Shown in pieces: positions 21,119 through 31,659 of a DNA stretch of 61,849 nucleotides. The translations under genes were made by a program, and so were the position numbers. The stretch is from Acinetobacter sp. (GTDB lineage Bacteria; Pseudomonadota; Gammaproteobacteria; Pseudomonadales; Moraxellaceae). Location of the stretch: positions 1 through 61,849 of the forward strand of contig SSHE01000001.1 of assembly GCA_008017315.1 (NCBI GenBank), in the 5' to 3' direction. How positions within the stretch are numbered: the first letter of the stretch is position 1; each line of letters begins with the position of its first letter. The notes under the pieces are model-generated. The model saw only the letters and a list, made by a program, of their open reading frames with translations. It did no database searches and was not told the origin of the DNA.

Positions 21119-21929
21119 AAACTCGCATCAAGATAATTTCCAACACAAATTTACTGCCAATAAAACCTAGTACCAACAGGGAAAATCCGAACAGTGTAAA
21201 GAGGGTGGCTTTTTTGCCACGCCAGCCAAATTTCCAGTGACCGAGTAGTAAGCTGCCGTAAATCAACCAAGAAATGACACTCAAGACGGTTTTGTGAGCA
21301 AGGTGTTGGGCAAAAAAATCATCAATGGTACAAAAACCAAAGGTCAGAGCAGCACTCAGCAGTACAAAACCAATCAAAATTAAATCAAAGAGTAATGATT
21401 CCATCGTCTGCAATGAAGGGAGTAAATTGACCCAAATACGGTGACGTTGTTTTTTCTTTAATTCACGATTTTGTAACCAAATGAGGATGGCATGGATGGT
21501 TGCCATGAACAGTATTGCATACGCAGAGAGTGAAAGGATGATATGTATATCCATGGCAATATTTTGCTCACGAATCACATGATTGGGTGTGTTTAATACG
21601 TCACCAACGAGTAAGCCTAACATCGCCATTGGTGTGGCCAAAAGATTAAGTATCAATACAGGGCGATACATACTAAAAATAATGCTGAGTAACAGCATCA
21701 ATCCAGAAGTAAAGGAGATGAGATTGAACACATCATAGTTGATGCCTATTGGTGTAATCATGTCCAAACCAAGCGTGAATGCATGTAGGATAAGCCCAGT
21801 GAGTAAAGATGCCCAGACGAGAAAGGGGTTACTGTGGGATTTATCCATAAAGTGTTTGAGTAGGTATAAAAAACCTGTCAAATATGCAATAAATGCGAGA
21901 ATTGTCAAAATGATGGACAGACTTAACAT
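21117..21929 (-). CDS. CcsA/YpjD-family inner membrane protein
   Basis: About 8 TM helices, LPSLQTME, HKTVLS, GWRG; divergent from ffh. Confidence 0.88.
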   Translation of the reverse strand: MLSLSIILTILAFIAYLTGFLYLLKHFMDKSHSNPFLVWASLLTGLILHAFTLGLDMITPIGINYDVFNLISFTSGLMLLLSIIFSMYRPVLILNLLATPMAMLGLLVGDVLNTPNHVIREQNIAMDIHIILSLSAYAILFMATIHAILIWLQNRELKKKQRHRIWVNLLPSLQTMESLLFDLILIGFVLLSAALTFGFCTIDDFFAQHLAHKTVLSVISWLIYGSLLLGHWKFGWRGKKATLFTLFGFSLLVLGFIGSKFVLEIILMRV

Positions 21930-22130
21930 GCCAAACCTTTAATACGTGTTAGAATCTTCATAAGATAAAGATATAAATTCTTGTGGAACTCACGTATCCT
22001 ATAGCATCTTATGTAAAATTTATCTAGGATTTTATGGCAACGAATGGAAAGTTGTCACAAAACACTGGAACTGGAAAAATTGTTTGTAATAGAAAGCGTA
22101 TTACGCCTCGTATTTTAATCGGAATTTGCA

Positions 22131-23546
22131 ATGTTTGATACATTAACCGACCGACTCACGCAGAGTTTAAGAAATGTAGCTGGTACAGGACAGCTCACCG
22201 AAGATAACATCAAGGATACTTTACGTGAAGTGCGTATGGCACTACTTGAGGCCGATGTTGCCTTACCTGTGACACGTGACTTTATTGCCAAAGTAAAGGA
22301 ACAAGCTTTGGGGCAAGAGGTTTTACAACAACTTTCGCCAGGGCAAGCCTTTGTCAAAATCGTACATGATGAATTGACCACCATGATGGGCGAGGCGAAT
22401 GAATCACTAGATTTGGCGGCAAAGCCACCTGTGGTCATTCTATTGGCAGGCTTGCAAGGTGCGGGTAAAACCACTACCGCAGCCAAACTAGCACGTTTTT
22501 TAAAAGAACGTCAGAAGAAAAAAGTCATGACGGTTTCTGCCGACGTGTATCGCCCTGCAGCGATTAAACAATTACAAACGGTATCGCAAGAAGTCGGTGC
22601 AGAATGGATTGCGTCCGATGCGTCAGAACAACCTATTGTCATTGTGAAACGTGCAATCGAACAGGCAAAGATTAAATTTGCCGATGTATTAATTGTTGAT
22701 ACAGCAGGTCGTTTGCATATTGATGATGACATGATGGATGAAATCAAAGCCTTACATGCCGAGATTCAACCGACTGAAACCTTATTCGTGGTCGATGCCA
22801 TGACGGGGCAGGATGCTGCCAATACTGCCAAGGCCTTTAATGATGCTCTACCTCTAACAGGTGTGATTTTGACCAAGACAGATGGTGATGCACGTGGTGG
22901 TGCAGCATTATCGGTACGTGCGATTACAGGTAAGCCGATTAAGTTCCTCGGTATGGGCGAGAAGCTGGATGCACTTGAACCATTCCATCCCGAACGTGTG
23001 GCACAGCGTATTTTGGGCATGGGTGATGTATTGTCACTGGTTGAAGAAGTCGAACGTAAAATCGATCGTGAAAAAGCCGAAAAGATGGCGAAAAAGCTGC
23101 AAAAAGGCGGCTCATTCACATTGGAGGATATGCTTACCCAGTTTGAACAAATGAATAAAATGGGGGGGATGTTGGGTTTTATCGACAAATTGCCTGGTAT
23201 GAGTGATTCGGGGATTAAAACTGCGATTGAACAAGCAAATCCAGAGAAGCAAGTGAAAAGAATGGAAGCGATTATCCATTCTATGACCATTAAAGAACGC
23301 CGCAATCCCGATATTATCAATACCAGTCGTAAAAAACGGATTGCAGCAGGCTGTGGCATGGATATTCAGGAGATTAACCGCTTGCTGAAACAACATGCAC
23401 AAATGGCGAAAATGATGAAGAAATTTTCCTCCCCAACGGGTATCAGCAAAATGTTGCGTGGCATTCAAAGTATGCAGAATAAAATGGGGGGGGGGCTTCA
23501 GGCGGTGGCATGGGACCATTATTTGGTGGTAAGTGATGTTGGATAA
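22131..23546 (+). CDS. ffh: Signal recognition particle protein Ffh (C-terminus probably frameshifted at a G10 tract)
   Basis: GLQGAGKTT, DTAGR, TKTDGDARGG, Met-rich M domain. Confidence 0.98.
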   Translation: MFDTLTDRLTQSLRNVAGTGQLTEDNIKDTLREVRMALLEADVALPVTRDFIAKVKEQALGQEVLQQLSPGQAFVKIVHDELTTMMGEANESLDLAAKPPVVILLAGLQGAGKTTTAAKLARFLKERQKKKVMTVSADVYRPAAIKQLQTVSQEVGAEWIASDASEQPIVIVKRAIEQAKIKFADVLIVDTAGRLHIDDDMMDEIKALHAEIQPTETLFVVDAMTGQDAANTAKAFNDALPLTGVILTKTDGDARGGAALSVRAITGKPIKFLGMGEKLDALEPFHPERVAQRILGMGDVLSLVEEVERKIDREKAEKMAKKLQKGGSFTLEDMLTQFEQMNKMGGMLGFIDKLPGMSDSGIKTAIEQANPEKQVKRMEAIIHSMTIKERRNPDIINTSRKKRIAAGCGMDIQEINRLLKQHAQMAKMMKKFSSPTGISKMLRGIQSMQNKMGGGLQAVAWDHYLVVSDVG

Positions 23547-23584
23547 AATCAAAAAGGGATAAGCCTAACAGCTCTCCTTCTTGC

Positions 23585-23612
23585 AGAAGAACCTCTCAAT
23601 AGAGGTTCTTCT
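23585..23612. terminator. Terminator between ffh and tal
   Basis: AGAAGAACCTCT-CAAT-AGAGGTTCTTCT. Confidence 0.8.
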
Positions 23613-23673
23613 TGTTTTGATGTGAATTTGATGGGCGGTAAAAGCAACAGTATCCATTGATTTTTTTGAGGAA

Positions 23674-24660
23674 TTACTGTTCAATTTCCCCGATACCAAA
23701 ACTACTGCGTAATAAAATGGCTAATTGTTCACGAGCCTTAATAAAACCATCAATACCACCTTGTAAGAGCTGAGATGCCATTAAATCATGTTCAAGTTGT
23801 GTTTTAAATAGGGCTTCATTCAGTGGTGCTAAAGTGATTTGTTCAGCATTTTGTGCCTGAGTGACCGAAAGTTGAGGTTGTATCACATCATGCTGCTGTG
23901 AAAGCTGCTCCAGTAAAGCAGGGGAAATCGTCAGCAAATCGCAACCTGCGAGTGCCAACACTTGCTCGGTACTGCGAAAACTTGCACCCATCACTTGTGT
24001 TTGAATCGCATTTTGTTTGTAATAATGATAAATCATTTTGACTGAAACCACGCCTGGGTCTTGTGTAATCGGATAGCTATCTTTATTTTCAGCTTTTTTA
24101 TACCAGTCCAAAATACGCCCGACAAAAGGTGAAATTAACGTCACTTTGGCATCAGCACAGGCTTGTGCTTGATGTAAACCAAATAATAACGTTAAATTAC
24201 AATGAATCCCATCTTGCTCTAGTTTTTTTGCGGCTTGAATGCCTTCCCACGTTGAAGCAATTTTAATGAGAATACGTTGGCTATCTATGCCAAATTTTTG
24301 ATATAAGTTGATTAAATCGTAGGCTTTTTGGATGGTTGCTTCGGTATCATAAGACAAGCTGGCATCAACTTCCGTCGATACTCGTCCATCAATATATTTT
24401 AGAATTTCTACACCAAACTTAACAGTAAGAATATCAATGGTTCTTTCGATTAAAGCATCATACTGATAATTTTCGGCTTTTGCCTGTGCAAAGGCATCTT
24501 CAATCAAGCCTCGATTTTGGCTCTGACTTGCTGCGGCAGTAATCAGTGAAGGGTTGGTGGTTGCATCAATTGGACGGAATTTTTCTACTGCTTCCAAATC
24601 ACTACTATCAACGACGATGGTAGTATGTTGTTGCAGTTGTTCAAGGTTAGATAAGGTCAT
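23674..24660 (-). CDS. tal: Transaldolase
   Basis: DATTNPSLI, GRVSTEVDA, ILIKIASTWEG, ISPFVGRI; start moved to MTLSNL. Confidence 0.96.
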   Translation of the reverse strand: MTLSNLEQLQQHTTIVVDSSDLEAVEKFRPIDATTNPSLITAAASQSQNRGLIEDAFAQAKAENYQYDALIERTIDILTVKFGVEILKYIDGRVSTEVDASLSYDTEATIQKAYDLINLYQKFGIDSQRILIKIASTWEGIQAAKKLEQDGIHCNLTLLFGLHQAQACADAKVTLISPFVGRILDWYKKAENKDSYPITQDPGVVSVKMIYHYYKQNAIQTQVMGASFRSTEQVLALAGCDLLTISPALLEQLSQQHDVIQPQLSVTQAQNAEQITLAPLNEALFKTQLEHDLMASQLLQGGIDGFIKAREQLAILLRSSFGIGEIEQ

Positions 24661-24845
24661 GATATAAATTACTATTACAAAAAAAGAGAATTTCCCCTTA
24701 TATATAGCATATTTTGCTTTTTTAGCGACAAGATGTTTGTAGATATCGATAATTTTTTTGCCCAATAGACTTTATTTTTAACTTTAAATAATAGACAATA
24801 ATTATTGTCAAAATTTTAGAAATTGTAAAATAATAAGGATGTCGT

Positions 24846-26147
24846 ATGAAACTCTTTTCAACCAATACTATTTCTGTACCGACGGATTTAATGCCCATTA
24901 TGGATATTGCAGAAGAAGCGGCGGCAGAAGCTGGCGGTATGCTGCCGAAGCAAGTGCAACAGATCTGGTCGGCAGTAGAACAATTATATCGTACAGGCAA
25001 TCATCCACAGATTTCATTTTGTTTGCGTCGTCAAGGGCAGGTATTGCTGAACCGAAGTATAGGGTTTGCACGTGGTCATGGGCCAGATGATACACCTGAT
25101 ACCACAAGGCTGGCAGCAAAAACCACTACGCCAATTTGTCTATTTTCTGCTTCAAAATTGATTACGGCAATGTTGGTACATATTTTGGATGAAGAAGGTA
25201 GTTTGAACTTACTTGATCCGATTAGCTATTACATTCCAGAGTATGCTCAAAAAGGCAAACGCCACACCACGATTTTCCATTTATTGTCTCATCGTGGGGG
25301 TATTCCACGTCTGGAAGGAGATATAGATCCTGAGTTTTTATTTGATAAGGATGAAATCTTAAGACGTTTATATACTGCTAGGGCAATGTCGGCTTCAGGT
25401 TCACAGTTGGCATATCATGCCATTACTGCAGGTTATATTTTGGGTGAAGTCATTGAGCGGGTCACTCAGAAGCCACTCAGTGACTTTTTACAGGAAAGAG
25501 TTGCTATTCCAATGGGAATGCGTTGTTTTAACTATGGCGTGGCTGAACAGTTTCGTCCAGAAGTTGCACTCAATTATAAAACAGGCTTTTATTCTAAAGT
25601 AGGGACAGACCAATATTTAAAGCACGTGCTTGGGGGGAATTTGGATACTGCGGTCAAGATTACCAATGATTCACGTTTTATGGATGGTATTTGTCCTGCT
25701 GCTAATATTTACACCAGTGCAGAAGAAATAGGGCGTTTCTTTGAAATGTTATTGAATGGCGGTGAATATCAAGGGCAGCGTATTATGACCCCTGAGACTG
25801 TATTTCGCTCGACTTTACCAACTTCTGGGCTGACATTTGACCGTTCTTTGTTAGCACCGATGCGTTATGCACTCGGCCCAATGCTAGGTAATAACCCTTT
25901 TGGTTTATTTGGCCCAATGACAGGGCAAGCCTTTGGGCATTTGGGGTTCTCGAATAATATTTGTTGGGCTGATCCAGAGCGTGATATTAGTGTGGCACTA
26001 CTCACCACAGGTAAGTCGGTGGTCGGTACGCATTTACCAGCATTGTTGAATGTGTTATTCCAAACTTCTGGGCAATGTCCAAAAATTGAGCGTAGTCAGC
26101 GTCGTGCTTTGTTTGGCTCTGACCCAACTGTGAGTGAAATGATTTAA
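24846..26147 (+). CDS. Beta-lactamase-fold serine hydrolase (family VIII esterase-like)
   Basis: FSASK (SxxK), LLSHRGG, AYH, FGHLG. Confidence 0.88.
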   Translation: MKLFSTNTISVPTDLMPIMDIAEEAAAEAGGMLPKQVQQIWSAVEQLYRTGNHPQISFCLRRQGQVLLNRSIGFARGHGPDDTPDTTRLAAKTTTPICLFSASKLITAMLVHILDEEGSLNLLDPISYYIPEYAQKGKRHTTIFHLLSHRGGIPRLEGDIDPEFLFDKDEILRRLYTARAMSASGSQLAYHAITAGYILGEVIERVTQKPLSDFLQERVAIPMGMRCFNYGVAEQFRPEVALNYKTGFYSKVGTDQYLKHVLGGNLDTAVKITNDSRFMDGICPAANIYTSAEEIGRFFEMLLNGGEYQGQRIMTPETVFRSTLPTSGLTFDRSLLAPMRYALGPMLGNNPFGLFGPMTGQAFGHLGFSNNICWADPERDISVALLTTGKSVVGTHLPALLNVLFQTSGQCPKIERSQRRALFGSDPTVSEMI

Positions 26148-26279
26148 GGATGGTTTTATGGTTCACCAGACACATCATGATGGTGATTCATTGTATGTTT
26201 CGCATACTTTCAAGCAAAAGGATAGAACGTATCCGTAAAAGGGCATGGATAAAATGTCGAAAATATCGAGGCGTAATTT

Positions 26280-27104
26280 ATGGATGAATTTGTCCCATCA
26301 TTGGATCGTTATCATAAAGTGGCTGTAGGAGCTGCATCTTGGTATTTTCATCCGATATTTCTCAATTCTGAAAGACTCAATTTCTCCAAACCTGCCTTAT
26401 TTGTGGGGAATCATACCATTTATGGTGTTATGGATGTGCCTTTGATGCTGACACATCTTTATCAGAAGCATGGTGTGTATGTACGCTCATTAGGAGATCG
26501 GGTGCATTTTCAAGTTCCAATTTGGAGAAATATACTCAAGAAGCATGGGGTGTTATTGGGTTCACCAGAAAATTGTCATCAATTGATGGCATCAGGTCAA
26601 TCCATTTTGGTTTTTCCTGGTGGTGCACGAGAAGTTATGCGTAGAAAAGGGGAAAAATATCAACTTATTTGGAAAAATAGGGCTGGCTTTGCTCGTCTTG
26701 CCATTGAGCATGGTTACGATATTATTCCTTTTGCTTCGTTGGGTGCAGATGATTGTTATGATATTTTGTACGATGCCAATGATCTGCAAGCCAATGCTAT
26801 GGCACAAAAGATATTGGATACATTAGATTTAACCGAAAAATTACGAGGTGGTGATATTATTCCATCTCTTGCAAAAGGTTTGGCTTATCTACCCATTCCA
26901 AAGCCTCAGCGGTTTTATTTTAGTTTTGGGGATCGTATTTCCACAACTGAGATGGGTTGTCATCAAGAACATGCGTGGGCATTGCGTGAACAAGTTGCAC
27001 AATCCATTGAACAACAATTGGTGCAATTAAAAGATTACCGAAATCATGATAAACAAAACTGGAGTTGGTTACGTCAAAAACTTGCGGGAAATACGGAGGC
27101 GTGA
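26280..27104 (+). CDS. Lysophospholipid/diacylglycerol acyltransferase family protein
   Basis: FVGNH, VFPGGARE, GFARLAI. Confidence 0.87.
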   Translation: MDEFVPSLDRYHKVAVGAASWYFHPIFLNSERLNFSKPALFVGNHTIYGVMDVPLMLTHLYQKHGVYVRSLGDRVHFQVPIWRNILKKHGVLLGSPENCHQLMASGQSILVFPGGAREVMRRKGEKYQLIWKNRAGFARLAIEHGYDIIPFASLGADDCYDILYDANDLQANAMAQKILDTLDLTEKLRGGDIIPSLAKGLAYLPIPKPQRFYFSFGDRISTTEMGCHQEHAWALREQVAQSIEQQLVQLKDYRNHDKQNWSWLRQKLAGNTEA

Positions 27105-27149
27105 GGTCATGGCTCTGCTCGTACCACTAGCATCTATCATATCGTGAGT

Positions 27150-28229
27150 TTAGCGTAGCAACCGTTTTGGACGTTGGGTTAAACGGCATAAGAGTTCATA
27201 ACCAATCGTACCATTGGCTGTGGCGACATCATCGACCAGTCGGGTTTCGCCCCAAAGTTCGACAGGTGTATCGAGTGTAACCTCAGTTGCGATGTCACTG
27301 ATATCAATGGTCATCATATCCATACTGACACGTCCGACCACAGGCACCAGTTTGCCGTGTATGGCGACAAAATTTTCTTGTACAAACGCTCGTGGATAAC
27401 CATCACCATAACCTATAGATACCACTGCAATCGTCATATTTTTGCTTGCGGTAAACGTTGAGCCATAGCCGATATGTTCACCCATTTTTACGGTGTTGAT
27501 GGCGATAATCGCAGCTTCAAACTGCATGACTGATTTTAAGCCCAGCTCACTGGCGGAATGTGTCGCAAAAGGGGATGCACCATATAGCATAATCCCAGGA
27601 CGTACATAATCAAAATGCAAATCTGCCCAGTTCAAAATAGCGGCTGAATTACAGCAGGAGATTTCGATAGGTGAGCAAGCCTGTTTGACCTGCAATAATT
27701 GGTCGATTTGCTGCCGATTGAGTGGATGATTGGGTTCATCTGCATTGGCAAAGTGCATGGTGAGTACACAATGAAAACCGAGTGCTTTGAGTTGCTGGAT
27801 AACAGCAATAATGTCATTCTGTTTGAAACCTAAACGGTTCATACCACTATTGAGTTTGACCCAGACTTTGAGTCCAGCTTGCAGGTAGGCGGCTTGATGT
27901 TCTAATAACCAGTCGAGTTGCTGTTGGTGATGAATAACACATTCACATTGATGGGCAATTGCAATTGACATTTCATCTTGAGAGAAAATGCCTTCAATCA
28001 AAGTAATGGGTTTATTGGAACAAAATTGGCGAATTTCTAATGCTTCTTGTAAGCAGGCAACACCAAACGCATCGGCATGGCTGAAACTTTGTACCGCATG
28101 TTGTACACCAATACCATAAGCATTGGCTTTGACCATACACACTACTTTGGATTTAGGTGCAAGTTGTTTGACACGCTCAAGATTATGCTGCAATGCTGCT
28201 GCACGAATATGGATAGTGACCTGACGCAC
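27150..28229 (-). CDS. alr: Alanine racemase
   Basis: MVKANAYG, GMNRLG, VRPGIMLYG, GYGDG, GRVSMD. Confidence 0.96.
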   Translation of the reverse strand: MRQVTIHIRAAALQHNLERVKQLAPKSKVVCMVKANAYGIGVQHAVQSFSHADAFGVACLQEALEIRQFCSNKPITLIEGIFSQDEMSIAIAHQCECVIHHQQQLDWLLEHQAAYLQAGLKVWVKLNSGMNRLGFKQNDIIAVIQQLKALGFHCVLTMHFANADEPNHPLNRQQIDQLLQVKQACSPIEISCCNSAAILNWADLHFDYVRPGIMLYGASPFATHSASELGLKSVMQFEAAIIAINTVKMGEHIGYGSTFTASKNMTIAVVSIGYGDGYPRAFVQENFVAIHGKLVPVVGRVSMDMMTIDISDIATEVTLDTPVELWGETRLVDDVATANGTIGYELLCRLTQRPKRLLR

Positions 28230-28255
28230 CAGTAAACTCCTTACAAAGGAAAGGT

Positions 28256-29698
28256 TTAATCTTCCTGTTCCTGAAAATTGTTATAAAATTCAGGAGATAG
28301 GTTACTAAAGCGAGTATAGTGTCCTTCGAAAGCTAAACGTACCGTACCAATCGGGCCATTACGCTGTTTACCAATGATGATTTCAGCCGTACCTGCTTCT
28401 TTGGACTCTTTATTATAGACCTCATCTCGATAAATAAACATAATTAAATCGGCATCTTGTTCAATTGCCCCTGATTCACGTAAGTCTGACATCACAGGGC
28501 GTTTGTTCGGACGTTGCTCCAGACTACGGTTAAGCTGTGATAAGGCAATTACAGGGCAGTTCATTTCTTTGGCAAGGGCTTTTAAGCTACGAGAAATTTC
28601 AGAAATCTCACCGACACGATTGTCTCCCATACCAGGGACTTTCATCAGTTGCAGGTAATCGACCATGATACAGCCGAGTTTCCCACCATGTTGCTTGGCA
28701 ATTCGCCGTGCTCGTGCTCGAAGTTCAGTCGGTGGTAGGGCAGAAGAGTCGTCAATATATAGATTTTTGGATTGCAGATGAACAATGGTACTGGTGACTT
28801 TTGACCATTCATCTTCATCCATTTTCCCAGCTCGTAAATGTCCCTGATGTACTCGACCAAAGGCAGAGATTAAACGCATGGCGATTGAATCAGACGGCAT
28901 TTCCATGGAGAAAACGAGGGCAGGCAGGTCACAGTTAAACAGTACGCTTTCTACCAAATTCATAGCGAAAGTGGTTTTTCCCATCGATGGACGGGCAGCG
29001 ACGATAATCAAATCACCTGCCTGCATGCCATAGGTTTTATTATCGAGTTCAACAAATCCAGTGGTTAATCCTGTGATATTGCCATCCATTTGGGATAATT
29101 CATCAAGTTTATTGACGACGGAAGTGACGACTTCACTAATCGGCTGTGGGCCTGCTTTACTTTGTCGGTTATTGTGTTGTTCGGCGATAGAAAAAATTTG
29201 CGTTTCGGCATGGTCTAACAGATCGGAAATAGCCTGACCTTTGGGTTCATAGGCATTTTGTAAAATGTGATTGCCAACACTGATCATATTGCGTAGCGTT
29301 GAAGATTCTTTCACCTTTTCCGCATAGCTGGGTAAATTAAATAAAGATGTTGGTGATTCTGATAACAGTTGCATCAAATATGCTTCACCACCAGCCGCTT
29401 CCAGTAGCTTTTGGTTGGCAAGCCAGTCATTGACCAATACAGCATCATAGGGTTGTCCAGAATTTGCCAATTTTTCAATGGCTTGAAAAATATAACGGTG
29501 TCTTGTGGCATAAAAATCTTGTTCTGACAAAATATCAGCCACACTTTCCCATGATTCGGCAACGGTCATCAGTGCCGCCAGCACAGCCTGTTCCATGGTG
29601 AGATTGTGCGGTGGTGTACGGAAGTTTTTGTTTTGTTCAGTGGCGGCATTGTCTTTGGGAGTTGTAGATAAGGGTAAGGTCGTATCTGTAACAGACAT
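28256..29698 (-). CDS. dnaB: Replicative DNA helicase
   Basis: AARPSMGKT, DYLQL, SQLNR, LRESGAIEQDAD, KQRNGP. Confidence 0.99.
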   Translation of the reverse strand: MSVTDTTLPLSTTPKDNAATEQNKNFRTPPHNLTMEQAVLAALMTVAESWESVADILSEQDFYATRHRYIFQAIEKLANSGQPYDAVLVNDWLANQKLLEAAGGEAYLMQLLSESPTSLFNLPSYAEKVKESSTLRNMISVGNHILQNAYEPKGQAISDLLDHAETQIFSIAEQHNNRQSKAGPQPISEVVTSVVNKLDELSQMDGNITGLTTGFVELDNKTYGMQAGDLIIVAARPSMGKTTFAMNLVESVLFNCDLPALVFSMEMPSDSIAMRLISAFGRVHQGHLRAGKMDEDEWSKVTSTIVHLQSKNLYIDDSSALPPTELRARARRIAKQHGGKLGCIMVDYLQLMKVPGMGDNRVGEISEISRSLKALAKEMNCPVIALSQLNRSLEQRPNKRPVMSDLRESGAIEQDADLIMFIYRDEVYNKESKEAGTAEIIIGKQRNGPIGTVRLAFEGHYTRFSNLSPEFYNNFQEQED

Positions 29699-29840
29699 AG
29701 AAGAACCACGATATAGAGTGAGCAGAAAAGAAAGTCTATTAAAGCAAAAAAATACAGAAAATGGGAGTTTATCGCATTTTTTTATGTGTCATTGCAGAAA
29801 ATTTATGAAAAATGCACTGGGTTTATATAAGAGATTTCAT

Positions 29841-29872
29841 ATAAAAAACCGAGTATATTCACTCGGTTTTTA
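29841..29872 (-). terminator. Terminator after the small lipoprotein gene
   Basis: AAAAACCGAGT-ATATTC-ACTCGGTTTTT. Confidence 0.8.
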
Positions 29873-29898
29873 CTGTCATCCTCAAGGGATGATGCAGA

Positions 29899-30153
29899 TT
29901 ATTGTGCAGCAGGAGCAGAAGCTTCTTCAGCAGGAGCAGCAGCATCAACTGGAGCTTCTTCTGAAGCAGCAGCATCAACTGGAGCTTCTTCTGAAGCAGC
30001 AGCATCAACAGCAGCATCAACAGGAGCTTCTACTGGAGCTTCAACAGGAGCAGAAGCTTCTTCAGCAGGAGCAGCAGGAGCTTCTTCTTTCTTAGCACAA
30101 CCAACAAAAGCAACAGTTGAAGCTAAACCTAAAGCGATAAGTAACTTGTTCAT
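29899..30153 (-). CDS. Small Ala/Glu/Pro-rich lipoprotein (84 aa)
   Basis: GAGGA RBS; MNKLLIALGLASTVAFVGC lipobox; repetitive acidic tail. Confidence 0.85.
   Translation of the reverse strand: MNKLLIALGLASTVAFVGCAKKEEAPAAPAEEASAPVEAPVEAPVDAAVDAAASEEAPVDAAASEEAPVDAAAPAEEASAPAAQ
29936..30009. repeat. 30-bp tandem repeat (about 2.4 copies) inside the lipoprotein gene
   Basis: AGCATCAACTGGAGCTTCTTCTGAAGCAGC occurs twice exactly at 29941-30000 and encodes AASEEAPVDA. Confidence 0.9.
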
Positions 30154-30342
30154 TTTAAAATCCTCTAAATGGCATCTAATGTTTGTTAAACTTCGTGGCA
30201 CATGATAAATAGAACAATTTAGAAAAAATAGTGCTTGGTTAGACAATGTGCAATTTTTTTTGTAAAATATTGATAAATAAATGATTATAGTTTTATGTAA
30301 AATGGTTTGCGGTGTATTTTTAACCACAAACCATGCTTTTAA

Positions 30343-31434
30343 CTATACGTTAAAGCGGAAATGCATGACATCGCCATCTTGTACAATATAGGTTTTACCT
30401 TCTAATCGCCATTTTCCAGCTTCTTTTGCACCATTTTCACCTTGATGGCTAATGAAGTCATCATAAGCGATGACTTCAGCACGAATAAAGCCTTTTTCAA
30501 AGTCGGTATGTATCACACCAGCCGCTTGTGGTGCGGTTGCCCCAACTTTTACGGTCCATGCACGTACTTCTTGTACGCCTGCTGTGAAATAGGTTTGTAA
30601 ACCAAGTAGTGCATAACCTGCACGAATCACAAGATTGAGTCCTGGTTCTTGCATGCCCATGGCTTCTAAAAATTCAGCACGTTCATCATCTTCAAGTAGG
30701 GAAATTTCGGCTTCAATCTGATTGCAAAGTGCGACAACCACGGCATTTTCTGAGGCTGCGAGTTGTTGAACTGCTTCAAGGTGAGGGTTGTTTTCAAAAC
30801 CATCTTCAGCCACATTGGCAATGTACATGGTGGGTTTTAAGGTGAGTAAACCAAAACCCCGTAATAGTTTTCTTTCATCATCATTGAGTTCGGCAGCACG
30901 AGCTGGGCGACCTTCATCCAAAAATGGTTGCAATTTTTCCAGTACAGCTTTGGTTGCAACGGCCTCTTTGTCGCCACTTTTTGCGATTTTGGTGAGTCGT
31001 GTAACTGCTTTACTCACTGTATCTAAATCTGCCAGTGCTAGTTCGGTGTTGATGGTGGCAATATCATCTAAAGGGTCAATTTTACCATTGACGTGAATGA
31101 CATTTTCATCCTCAAAACAACGTACGACATGTGCAATCGCATCTGTTTCACGGATATTAGCAAGGAACTGATTGCCCAATCCTTCGCCTTTGGATGCCCC
31201 TGCAACCAATCCAGCAATATCGACAAATTCCATCGTCGTTGGTAGGATACGTTGCGGTTTGACAATCGCAGCTAATTGATCCAGACGAGCGTCAGGGACA
31301 GGGACAATCCCTGTATTGGGTTCAATCGTGCAAAATGGGAAATTTTCCGCAGCAATGGCTGCTTTGGTTAAAGCATTAAATAAGGTTGATTTTCCAACGT
31401 TTGGTAATCCGACAATACCGCAATTAAAGCCCAT
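30343..31434 (-). CDS. ychF: Ribosome-binding ATPase YchF
   Basis: [32 protein letters not shown]. Confidence 0.98.
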   Translation of the reverse strand: MGFNCGIVGLPNVGKSTLFNALTKAAIAAENFPFCTIEPNTGIVPVPDARLDQLAAIVKPQRILPTTMEFVDIAGLVAGASKGEGLGNQFLANIRETDAIAHVVRCFEDENVIHVNGKIDPLDDIATINTELALADLDTVSKAVTRLTKIAKSGDKEAVATKAVLEKLQPFLDEGRPARAAELNDDERKLLRGFGLLTLKPTMYIANVAEDGFENNPHLEAVQQLAASENAVVVALCNQIEAEISLLEDDERAEFLEAMGMQEPGLNLVIRAGYALLGLQTYFTAGVQEVRAWTVKVGATAPQAAGVIHTDFEKGFIRAEVIAYDDFISHQGENGAKEAGKWRLEGKTYIVQDGDVMHFRFNV

Positions 31435-31659
31435 GAAATTACTCACAAAGATGTTGTGTAAAAATTGTCGCTGATTTTACCTCAAAGTGGCCTTAAAGTC
31501 AGGTTATCCTTGAAATAGCTGTTCAACCAAAGCAATATTGGTTGGGTGCATGGACATTGCAACATAAAATGATGAAGAAAGGTGATTGTTTTCGTTAAGG
31601 TTTACTTTTAAAGTATTTAAGTTTCGATGTCGTCCTGTAAACATAAATTTGGAGCTATC

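Noticed and set aside
22766-23359. 197-aa minus-strand ORF, and similar long antisense ORFs within lon, thiG, rnhB and mutL
   Set aside because: Antisense to well-conserved genes and without motifs of their own.
24846-26147. Antibiotic-resistance beta-lactamase
   Set aside because: Has SxxK but no signal peptide and no KTG motif; esterase-like.
26150-26287. About 45-codon basic ORF between the esterase and the acyltransferase
   Set aside because: No recognisable features or convincing RBS; probably chance.
29936-30009. 30-bp repeats as a possible CRISPR array
   Set aside because: The copies are directly adjacent with no spacers, are in frame within a CDS, and no cas genes are present.
29595-30095. 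166-aa Gln/Leu-rich ORF on the + strand
   Set aside because: Antisense shadow of the repetitive lipoprotein gene; it also overlaps the dnaB start and crosses a terminator.
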